Assembly: GCA_035278885.1 (NCBI GenBank)
Contig: DATEIR010000068.1
Span: forward strand, 4,095 to 68,094
Reading direction: 5' to 3'
DNA: 64,000 nucleotides
Source of the DNA: Gemmatimonadales bacterium
Lineage (GTDB): Bacteria; Gemmatimonadota; Gemmatimonadetes; Gemmatimonadales; GWC2-71-9
Both the position numbers and the translations under genes were made by a program. Positions 8,941 through 16,294 of the stretch are shown here, piece after piece. The number at the start of each line of letters is the position of its first letter. Position 1 is the first letter of the stretch. The notes below the pieces were generated by a model that made no database searches, was not told where the DNA came from, and saw nothing but the letters and a program-made list of their open reading frames with translations.

Positions 8941-9402
8941 CTGAAGATCTGGATCGATGCCGACGCGGCACCACGGGATGTGAAGGAGCTGGTGTTTCGA
9001 GCGGCCAAACGCCTCGACATAGAGACGGTGCTGGTCGCCAACCAGCGCCTCTATGCGCCTCCCGGGAATCCCCGGGTGACCGCGGTGTGGGTGGACGGCG
9101 GCGCCGACGTCGCGGACCAGCACATCGCCAGCCAGGCCGGCCCGGGCGACCTGGTGGTCACCCAGGATGTGCCCCTGGCGGCGCTGCTGGTGCCCAAGGG
9201 CATCGCCGTGCTGGATCCCCGGGGCGAGGAGCACACGGCCGAGACTATCGGCGAGCGCCTGTCGGTGCGTGACTTCATGGAGCAGGCCCGGATTGCGGGC
9301 GTCGTGACCGGTGGACCCGCTCCGTACGACGCCCGGGCGAAGCAGGCGTTCGCGGCCGCGCTCGACCGGGTGCTGACGCGCCTTCGGCGGCTCGCCACGT
9401 AA
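8941..9402 (+). CDS. yaiI: YaiI/YqxD family protein (DUF188/UPF0178), probable CTG start
   Basis: The track ORF 8980..9402 starts at a GTG, but the family's conserved N-terminus (E. coli YaiI MTIWVDADACP) is encoded in-frame upstream as L-KIWIDADAAP from CTG 8941. GAGGA (8929..8933) sits 7 nt before it. The frame has no ATG/GTG/TTG between the stop at 8806 and 8980. Confidence 0.8.
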   Translation: MKIWIDADAAPRDVKELVFRAAKRLDIETVLVANQRLYAPPGNPRVTAVWVDGGADVADQHIASQAGPGDLVVTQDVPLAALLVPKGIAVLDPRGEEHTAETIGERLSVRDFMEQARIAGVVTGGPAPYDARAKQAFAAALDRVLTRLRRLAT

Positions 9403-9449
9403 CGGTAGGCGGTGCAACCGACGTTCGAGCACCAACAAGGAAGGCGAAC

Positions 9450-9695
9450 ATGGATCCTGCGTTTCTCGGTCCGCTCGTTCCCATCGCGGCGATCATCGCC
9501 TTTGCGGCGGTGAAGATCGCCAAGCTGCGCGCCACGGCTCCATCCTCCCTTCCGGCCGATGTCTCGGCACGGCTGGAGGCGCTGGAGCAGCGGGTCGACG
9601 GCCTGCAACAGGAGCTGTCGGAAACCCACGAACGGCTCGATTTCGCGGAGCGCCTGCTGAGCCAGGCGCGGGATGATCGCCGCATAGGCGGGTAG
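9450..9695 (+). CDS. Small membrane-anchored coiled-coil protein
   Basis: AAGGAAGG Shine-Dalgarno sequence upstream of the ATG. One TM segment (LGPLVPIAAIIAFAAV) is followed by a heptad-like helix (RLEALEQRVDGLQQELSETHERLDFAERLL). Confidence 0.55.
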   Translation: MDPAFLGPLVPIAAIIAFAAVKIAKLRATAPSSLPADVSARLEALEQRVDGLQQELSETHERLDFAERLLSQARDDRRIGG

Positions 9696-9752
9696 AGCGT
9701 GCCGCACCGGGCTCGCATCGTGACCCCTGGGCGCCCTAAACGAGAGGACACC

Positions 9753-10136
9753 GTGGATCAATCCGACGAGCGGCTCCGGCCGCACCCGAGCCATCGCCTG
9801 GCCGGCCCGGCCGTGCTGCTCAACCTTCCGGATCTTGCCCGCGCGCTGCAAGCCGAGCCCCACCCTGCGAAGGACGGGCATCGGCAGGCCGGCCTGATCC
9901 ATCGGGGGCCGCTCCGGCTCCTGCTCTTCACCTTCGACGCGGGTGGTCGTCTGGCGGAGCATCGCGCTCCCGGGCACGTCATCATTCAATGCCTGCGCGG
10001 GCAGCTCGAGGTCGAGGCGGACGGGGCGCGGCACCGGTTGGGCGCAGGCGAGGCTGTCGCGCTGGAGCCCTCCGTTCCGCACACCGTCGATGCGGTCGCC
10101 GAGAGCGACATGTTGCTCACGGTTTGCATGAGCTGA
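9753..10136 (+). CDS. Cupin domain protein
   Basis: Cupin motifs G..LAEHRAPGHV and GEAVALEPSVPHTV. I prefer the GTG at 9753, preceded by GAGAGGA, over the track start at 9699. Confidence 0.7.
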   Translation: MDQSDERLRPHPSHRLAGPAVLLNLPDLARALQAEPHPAKDGHRQAGLIHRGPLRLLLFTFDAGGRLAEHRAPGHVIIQCLRGQLEVEADGARHRLGAGEAVALEPSVPHTVDAVAESDMLLTVCMS

Positions 10137-10192
10137 CGCGCTCGGCAGACACGTTCACGCTTCGACCCTCCAACACCAACCCAGCTCCTGAC

Positions 10193-10756
10193 ATGCCCAA
10201 AGCGAAGCAGCTATCCCCGAAGCAGCGCGACGCGCTGCTGGCGACCCTGAAGGCCCGCTTCGAGGCGAACCCGAAGCACCATGCAGGCGTCCAATGGTCC
10301 GCCGTCTTGAAGCGGCTGGAGGCGAGCGCCACGGCCATTTGGTCGCTTCATGAGATGGAGCAATCGGGCGGCGAGCCGGACGTGGTGGGTGTGGATGCGA
10401 GGACGGGCGAATGCCTCTTCGTCGACTGCTCGACCCAGAGCCCCAAAGGCCGTCGCAGCCTCTGCTACGATCGCGCGGCCCTGGACGCCCGAAAGGAGCA
10501 CAAGCCCAAGGCCAGCGCCGTCGAGCTGGCGGCCGCCATGGGCGCCGCGCTTCTCACGGTGGACGAGTACCGTGCACTGCAGTCGCTCGGGGAGTTCGAT
10601 ACCACCACGTCGAGCTGGGTGCAGACACCCGCTCCAATCCGGAAGCTTGGCGGCGCGCTCTTCTGCGACCGCCGCTATGATACGGTCTTCGTGTACCACA
10701 ACGGGGCCGAGTCCTATTATGCGGCCCGGGGATTCCGCTGCGCGCTCAGGGTGTAG
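10193..10756 (+). CDS. DUF4256 family protein
   Basis: The ATG at 10193 is in-frame within ORF 9989..10756. The family-typical strings are WSLHEMEQSGGEPDVVG, SPKGRRSLCYD, KLGGALFCDRRYDTVFVYHNGAESYYAARGFR. Confidence 0.75.
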   Translation: MPKAKQLSPKQRDALLATLKARFEANPKHHAGVQWSAVLKRLEASATAIWSLHEMEQSGGEPDVVGVDARTGECLFVDCSTQSPKGRRSLCYDRAALDARKEHKPKASAVELAAAMGAALLTVDEYRALQSLGEFDTTTSSWVQTPAPIRKLGGALFCDRRYDTVFVYHNGAESYYAARGFRCALRV

Positions 10757-11103
10757 GGTAACGACAACGGACTCGCAGGCACCCTGGCGCGACAATCTCA
10801 GCCGCCCTGCGGCGCCACGGGAGCCCACCCCTTGACTCCGCGTCGGCCCGCCCGCAATGTCTCAACCTCGTTCGCGACCGCGGCGCGGGTTCGCCGCGAT
10901 CCGCCCACTTCCCCGGAGAGCCTGTGCACCGAATCCTCGATCGCGTGTGAGCTGAGGATCGGGGTGCAGGTCTGCACCCTCCTCAGTAGGTCTCCCAGCC
11001 CGTCTCGCTGGCCGAGACTTCCTCGTCACATCCCGGATTCGACGCGCGCCCGCCCGGGGCTTCGCGACGCACGCAGGTGCGTTGCCCAGCTCGAGGAGAG
11101 CAC

Positions 11104-12270
11104 ATGCCGCATCCCTACGCCCCGGACCCCGCCGGCCTCGAGATCCTCGAGACCGCCAAGGCGGTCGTGCGCGACACGGTGGCGCCGCTCGCCGCCGAGG
11201 TCGACGCCGAGGCGCGCTTCCCCCGGGAGTCTCTGAGCGCGCTGGCCCGGGCCGGACTCCTCGGCCTCAACGTCGGCAAGGAGGCGGGCGGACTCGGCGG
11301 CGATCCCCGGGTGTTCGCATCCGTGGTGGAAGAGATCGCCGGGGCGTGCGGATCCACCGCGATGGTCTACGTGATGCATGTCGCGGCTACCCAGGTCATC
11401 GCCCAGGCGAGCCTCCTGGCGGACCGAGACGCGATCCTGCGGGAGATCGCCGCCGGGCGGCATCTGACGACGCTCGCCTTCTCCGAGAGCGGCTCGCGCT
11501 CCCAGTTCTGGGCGCCCGTGTCGCGCCTGACCGCGTCCGACAAGGGCTTCCGGATCTCGGCGCGGAAGTCGTGGGTCACGTCGGCGCACCACGCCAATTC
11601 GTACGTCGCCAGCGCGCAGGCGCCGACCGCGGCCTCGCCGATGGAATCGACGATCTACCTGGCTCGCCGAGGCAGCCCGGGCCTCAAGGTCGCCGGCTCG
11701 TTCAACGGGCTGGGACTGCGCGGCAACGACTCCGCCCCGGTGGCGATCGAGGGGATGACCGTCTCCGAAGGTGACTGGCTCAGCGCCCAAGGAGAAGGTG
11801 CCAACACGATGCTCGGCGTCGTGCTGCCGTGGTTCTGCGTCGGCACCGCTGCCATGGCGAACGGCCTCGCTCGCGCCGCGGTGACCGCGACGACCCGCCA
11901 CCTGTCGGCCACGAGCTTCGAGCACACGGGCACGAGCCTGCGCGACCTGCCCGTCCTGCGCGCCCGCGTCGCCGAGATGAACGTCCGCACCGAGCAGTCC
12001 CGGGCGCTGCTGGGCGTGACCCTGAACGAGCTGGCCCAGCCCTCCGAGCAGACGCCGCTGTTCGTCCTCCAGTGCCGCCTGGCGGCGCTCGAGGCCGTCC
12101 GCGAAGTGACCGACCTGGCGATGAAGGCGTGCGGCGGCGCCGCCTTCTCCCGCCAGCTCGGGGTGGAGCGGATCTTCCGCGACGCCCAGGCCGGATGGGT
12201 CATGGCCCCGACCGTTGATCACCTCCACGACTTCGTCGGCCGCGCCCTCACCGGCCTGCCGCTGTTCTGA
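11104..12270 (+). CDS. Acyl-CoA dehydrogenase-fold flavoprotein (possibly a monooxygenase/oxidase-type member)
   Basis: GAGGAGAG Shine-Dalgarno sequence then the ATG at 11104. The layout is ACAD-like throughout (RFPRESLSALARAGLLGL, WVTSAHHA, FRDAQAG). The segment aligning to the MCAD-type YEGT catalytic-base motif reads VMAPT, so there is no Glu at that position. Confidence 0.85.
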   Translation: MPHPYAPDPAGLEILETAKAVVRDTVAPLAAEVDAEARFPRESLSALARAGLLGLNVGKEAGGLGGDPRVFASVVEEIAGACGSTAMVYVMHVAATQVIAQASLLADRDAILREIAAGRHLTTLAFSESGSRSQFWAPVSRLTASDKGFRISARKSWVTSAHHANSYVASAQAPTAASPMESTIYLARRGSPGLKVAGSFNGLGLRGNDSAPVAIEGMTVSEGDWLSAQGEGANTMLGVVLPWFCVGTAAMANGLARAAVTATTRHLSATSFEHTGTSLRDLPVLRARVAEMNVRTEQSRALLGVTLNELAQPSEQTPLFVLQCRLAALEAVREVTDLAMKACGGAAFSRQLGVERIFRDAQAGWVMAPTVDHLHDFVGRALTGLPLF

Positions 12271-12281
12271 AAGGAATTCCG

Positions 12282-13097
12282 GTGAATCCGCACGTTCCCG
12301 CCCGGCTCGGCGCCGTGGTCTACGACCCCAAGGTCACCGTGATCTGGGGGATCATCCGCACCTTCTTCGAGCAGCAGGGCGCGCCGCTGGTGGTGAGCTT
12401 CTACGCCGACTATGCCCTGCAGGTGGACGCCCTGGTCAATGACCGGATCGACATCGCCTGGAACTCGCCGCTCGCGTGGCTCGACGCGGTGCGCCGCACG
12501 GGCGGTCGCTGCCGCGCCATCGCGATGCGGGACACCGACCGCGACCGGGTCTCGCATATCGTCAGCCGGGCTCCGGCGGCGGCCGTGGCCTCGTTGCGAG
12601 GGAAGACCCTCGCGACGGGGGCCGAGGACTCGCCTCAGGCGACCCTGATTCCGCTGCAGTGGCTGCGGGAGCAAGGACTCCGCCCCGGGGAGGACTTCCA
12701 CGTGCGCCGCTTCGACATCGGGGTCGGGCTGCACGGCGACCATGTCGGCGGTGAGCGGGAGGCGCTCGAGGCGTTGCGGCGGGGCGAGGTCGATGCCACC
12801 GTCATGCTCGACCTCAACCACGACGCCTGGGTCAGGGACGGAACCCTCGACCCGTCGCAGTTCGTCACGGTCGCGACCACCGGCCGGTTCGACCACTGCA
12901 ACTTCACGGTGCGCGAGGAGTTCGCGCGCGACCGCGAAGCGGCGTTCCTCGCCGCGCTGTTCGCCATGCACTACGACGATCCCACCCATCGGGAGATGAT
13001 GGACCTCGAAGGGCTCAAGCAGTGGCTGCCCGGCCGGGTGACCGGGTACGCCGCCCTGGAGCGCGCCGTGGCACCCGGCGGGTTGGTCGGCGCGTGA
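12282..13097 (+). CDS. PhnD/SsuA-like periplasmic-binding-protein-fold protein lacking a signal peptide
   Basis: PBP type-2 fold pattern (YADYALQVDALVNDRIDIAWNSPLAW, LRGKTLATGAEDSPQATLIP). There is no N-terminal hydrophobic leader. The stop overlaps the next gene's start (GTGA). Confidence 0.65.
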   Translation: MNPHVPARLGAVVYDPKVTVIWGIIRTFFEQQGAPLVVSFYADYALQVDALVNDRIDIAWNSPLAWLDAVRRTGGRCRAIAMRDTDRDRVSHIVSRAPAAAVASLRGKTLATGAEDSPQATLIPLQWLREQGLRPGEDFHVRRFDIGVGLHGDHVGGEREALEALRRGEVDATVMLDLNHDAWVRDGTLDPSQFVTVATTGRFDHCNFTVREEFARDREAAFLAALFAMHYDDPTHREMMDLEGLKQWLPGRVTGYAALERAVAPGGLVGA

Positions 13098-14251
13098 CGA
13101 CCCTGCCTCTGCTTCCCGTCACGATGGTCGGCAGCTGGCCCCGTCCCGCGCCGCTGCTTCGGGCCCAGCGCGAGCGGAGACTCGGCCGCCTCGACCCCGC
13201 CGCCTGCGACCGCATCGCCGACGGCGCCGTCGTCGACCTGCTGCGCCTCCAGGAGGACCTCGGCGTCGACCTGGTGACCGACGGCGAGCTCAGGCGCGAC
13301 AACTTCTACTCCTTCGTCGCCGACAAGCTGGCCGGCGTTCGGCTCATGACGCTGGCCGAGATGCTCGAGATCATCGAGGACAAGGCGGCCTTCGAGCGAA
13401 TCCTGCAGACCCTCGACGTGCCGGCGTACTCGATCTCCAATCCGACCTGCGTCGGCCGCGTCGAGCGGCGCGCTCCGCTGGCGGTGGACGACCTGCGGTT
13501 CGCCCGGCGCCACACGTCGAGGCCGATCAAGGTCACCTTACCCGGGCCGTATCTGCTGACGCGGGCCATGTTCGTGAAGGAGGCGACGGGCGCGGTGTAC
13601 CGCTCGAAGGAGGATCTGGCGGAGGATGTCGTCCGCCTGCTCGTGGACGAGATCGCCGAGCTGCGCGCCGAGGGGGTGGACTTCATCCAGCTCGACGAGC
13701 CGGTGCTGACCGAGCTGGTCTTCGCGCAGGGGAAGACGCGCACGTTCATGTGTGCCGCGCTCGCCTCCACCCAGGATCCCACGGCCGAGCTCGAGCTGGC
13801 CGTGCAGCTTCTCAACCGCGTGCTTCCGGCCGCCGGCGACGTACGGACGGGCCTGCACGTCTGCCGCGGCAACTGGAGTCAGGACGAGAGCACGCTGCTC
13901 CGCGGCGGCTACGCGCCGCTCCGGCCCTGGCTCGACCGCATCGGCGTCGATCAGCTCGTGCTCGAGTTCGCCACGGAGCGCGCCGGAGCGCTGCTCGCGT
14001 TCGAGGGCAAGGAGCTGGGACTGGGCGTGGTCAATCCGCGAACGGCCCGGGTGGAGTCGGTGGACGAGGTGCGGGCGTCGATCGAGGCCGCCCTGCGTCT
14101 CTACCCGCCGGAGCGGGTGTTTCTCAACCCCGACTGCGGGTTCGCCACCTTCTCCAACCGCCCGGTCAACGAGACCGGCGTGGCGATCCGGAAGATGCAG
14201 ACCGTCGTCGAGGCGGCGCGCTCGCTGCGCGGCCGGGTGGTCGCGGCGTGA
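13094..14251 (+). CDS. Cobalamin-independent methionine synthase-like (Meth_synt_2 / MetE C-terminal domain) protein
   Basis: GTG at 13094, in-frame within ORF 13022..14251. Family strings are TMVGSWPRP and LVTDGELRRDNFYSF. The Zn-ligand positions appear conserved (GLHVCRGN = HxC; NPDCGF = Cys). Confidence 0.8.
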   Translation: MTTLPLLPVTMVGSWPRPAPLLRAQRERRLGRLDPAACDRIADGAVVDLLRLQEDLGVDLVTDGELRRDNFYSFVADKLAGVRLMTLAEMLEIIEDKAAFERILQTLDVPAYSISNPTCVGRVERRAPLAVDDLRFARRHTSRPIKVTLPGPYLLTRAMFVKEATGAVYRSKEDLAEDVVRLLVDEIAELRAEGVDFIQLDEPVLTELVFAQGKTRTFMCAALASTQDPTAELELAVQLLNRVLPAAGDVRTGLHVCRGNWSQDESTLLRGGYAPLRPWLDRIGVDQLVLEFATERAGALLAFEGKELGLGVVNPRTARVESVDEVRASIEAALRLYPPERVFLNPDCGFATFSNRPVNETGVAIRKMQTVVEAARSLRGRVVAA

Positions 14252-14697
14252 CCCCGCACCTGTGGGCCCTCCGGGTCCGCTCGACCGAGCCGGGGGTGGC
14301 GACGGTGATCACGCGGAAGCATCGCTTCGAGGCCGGCCAGTCCGCCGAGTTCGACGAGGAGAGCCCCCATATCAGCGCGCTGGAATACGTCCTTGGGGCG
14401 CTGGGGGCGGACCTCGCGGCGGGGTTCGCCGGGCACGCGCGGCGGAGCGGCGCTCTGGTCGACCAGGTCGAAGCGGTCGTCCAGGGCGAGCTGAACGATC
14501 CGCTGGCGGCGCTCGGCGTCGTCGGAGCGAAGGGGCACCCGGGCATCGCACGGGTCCGGGTGACGGTCTACGTGAGCTCGCTCGAGTCCCCGGCTCGCCT
14601 CCTCGAGCTCTGGGAGGAGAGCGCACGGGCCTCGCCGTTGCTGCATACGTTCCGCGCTGCCTGCTATGTCGAGGTCAGGGTTACGATCGTGCCCTAG
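14248..14697 (+). CDS. OsmC/Ohr family protein
   Basis: GTG at 14248 (GTGA overlap with the previous stop), in-frame within ORF 13750..14697. The size and pattern are OsmC-like (SALEYVLGALGADLAAGF...SPLLHTF). Confidence 0.7.
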   Translation: MTPHLWALRVRSTEPGVATVITRKHRFEAGQSAEFDEESPHISALEYVLGALGADLAAGFAGHARRSGALVDQVEAVVQGELNDPLAALGVVGAKGHPGIARVRVTVYVSSLESPARLLELWEESARASPLLHTFRAACYVEVRVTIVP

Positions 14698-14701
14698 CGC
14701 C

Positions 14702-15352
14702 TCAGGCCGCCTGGATCGGCGCCCGCAGATACGCCGCGGCGCCCTGCGCCATCACCAGCGCGACGATTGCCGGACCGATGGCCTCGAGCGGCAGCACCAG
14801 GTCCACGCATCCGGTCGCGACGGCGGCTCGCGGCATCTGCACGGCGCGGCTCGACCCCTGGTCCTGCGCCAGGACCATTCCCCCGGTCCACTTGATCGCC
14901 TGCGCGCCGGCGGAGCCGTCGGTGTTGAGCCCGGTCAGCACCACCCCCAGAGTCCGCTCGCCGTAAGCGGCCGCCGCCGAGACCAGGAGCGGATCGCCCG
15001 CCGGCCGGCAGCACTTCACCTTTCGGCCGTGCGACAGGAGCACCCGGTGATCCCGGGCCACCAGCAGGTGCTGGTCCGGCGGCGCCGCGTACACCCGACC
15101 GGCAGCGATTGGCTCGCCCTGCAAGGCATAGGATACCGGCAGTCGCGAGTGGCGGCCGATCATGCTCGGGAGGGCGAGGGAGCCATGGGAGCCGATGTGC
15201 TGGCACACCGCCACCGCGGCCGGGAAGTTCGGGGGCAGGGCGGCGAGTACCTCCCGGAGTGCCTCCATGCCCCCGAGCGAGGCGACCATCGCAACCAGGT
15301 CGAAGGCGGCGTACGAGGGCGGTGGGGAGGGGGGAGGAGAGGTGTCGGACAT
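14702..15352 (-). CDS. Stand-alone CheB-type methylesterase domain protein (no receiver domain)
   Basis: Catalytic-triad contexts are present: VASLGGMEAL (Ser), VCQHIG (His), LTGLNTDGSAG (Asp). There is no REC domain. Its stop lies 4 nt from the convergent OsmC-like stop. Confidence 0.8.
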   Translation of the reverse strand: MSDTSPPPSPPPSYAAFDLVAMVASLGGMEALREVLAALPPNFPAAVAVCQHIGSHGSLALPSMIGRHSRLPVSYALQGEPIAAGRVYAAPPDQHLLVARDHRVLLSHGRKVKCCRPAGDPLLVSAAAAYGERTLGVVLTGLNTDGSAGAQAIKWTGGMVLAQDQGSSRAVQMPRAAVATGCVDLVLPLEAIGPAIVALVMAQGAAAYLRAPIQAA

Positions 15353-15471
15353 GCTCGCTCGTTGAAATCGCAGGGAGATATGCCTCCCCGGACCAACATA
15401 GGCAATCGGGCCTATGTCCGCCAGCGTGCATAACGGCTACCGTGGACGGGTACGCCACCCGGAGCCGGAGG

Positions 15472-16200
15472 ATGCCGAAGCATAAGGAAAGCTCCACCCT
15501 GCGGAACGGGAACCGGATCCTCGCCGGACTCTCCGCCGCGGACCGGGCCAGTCTCGAGCCCTTCCTGGAGCGGGTCCGGCTGGAGCCGCGGGCTTCGTTC
15601 TGGGAGACCGGCCGGCCGATTCGAACGGTCGTATTCCCCGAAACCTTGGTCGCGTCGATCATCGCGACGGACGAGGAGGGCGGGGAAGTCGAGGTCGGGA
15701 CGGTCGGGTACGAGGGCGTCGTCGGGCTGCCCCTCTTCCTCGGCGCCACGACCGCGCCGGGGCGGGCGTTCACTCAGATCGGTGGCGACGGGTCTCGGAT
15801 GGATGCCGAGGCGTTCACCCGGTTCGCCGCGTCCCTGCCGGAATTCCGCACCCGGCTCCAGCGCTACACCCAGGGCTTCGTCGCCCAGGTGTCCCAGTCG
15901 GTCGCCTGCAACCGGCTTCATTCCCCCAGCCAACGGCTGGCCCGCTGGCTCCTGTCCTGCGCCGACCGGGTGGGGGCGGACCGCTTCCCCATGACCCAGG
16001 AGTTCCTGGGACAGATGCTGGGCGTCCGCCGGGCCACCGTCGGTGAAGCGGCCCAGGAGCTCCAGGAGCGCGGCCTCATCCGGTACACCCGCGGCGTCAT
16101 CGACGTCCTCGACCGGAGCGCGCTGGAGCAGGTCGCCTGCCCCTGCTACGGCATCGTGCGGCGGGAGTACGACAAGCTGCTGGGAACGGCGTTAGGGTAG
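15472..16200 (+). CDS. Crp/Fnr family transcriptional regulator
   Basis: GGAGG then the ATG at 15472. The protein has a cNMP-binding-like beta-roll and a C-terminal HTH (MTQEFLGQMLGVRRATVGEAAQELQERGLI). Confidence 0.85.
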   Translation: MPKHKESSTLRNGNRILAGLSAADRASLEPFLERVRLEPRASFWETGRPIRTVVFPETLVASIIATDEEGGEVEVGTVGYEGVVGLPLFLGATTAPGRAFTQIGGDGSRMDAEAFTRFAASLPEFRTRLQRYTQGFVAQVSQSVACNRLHSPSQRLARWLLSCADRVGADRFPMTQEFLGQMLGVRRATVGEAAQELQERGLIRYTRGVIDVLDRSALEQVACPCYGIVRREYDKLLGTALG

Positions 16201-16227
16201 GTCGTCGAGGATCCAGCGGTCCCCCGG

Positions 16228-16267
16228 CCTCGCGAGTACCCAATGCTCGCGAGGTCGTCTTTCTTTA
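16228..16267 (+). terminator. Intrinsic terminator after the Crp-family gene
   Basis: CCTCGCGAG (16228..16236) pairs with CTCGCGAGG (16246..16254) across a 9-nt loop and is followed by TCGTCTTTCTTT. Confidence 0.65.
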
Positions 16268-16294
16268 GGGTACACCCTGTCCTCGCGAGGGTTC

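Noticed and set aside
10757-11103. Riboswitch (SAM or cobalamin) upstream of the cluster containing the MetE-like gene
   Set aside because: I could not find a B12 box or SAM-I/II/V-like conserved cores by eye. Only generic GC-rich hairpins are present. An Infernal/Rfam scan would be needed for a positive call.
10832-11236. 134-aa ORF in the long intergenic region before the ACAD-fold gene
   Set aside because: It has a TTG start without an SD and an Arg/Pro/Ser-rich product. It also overlaps the well-supported start (GAGGAGAG plus ATG at 11104) of the ACAD-fold gene in another frame.
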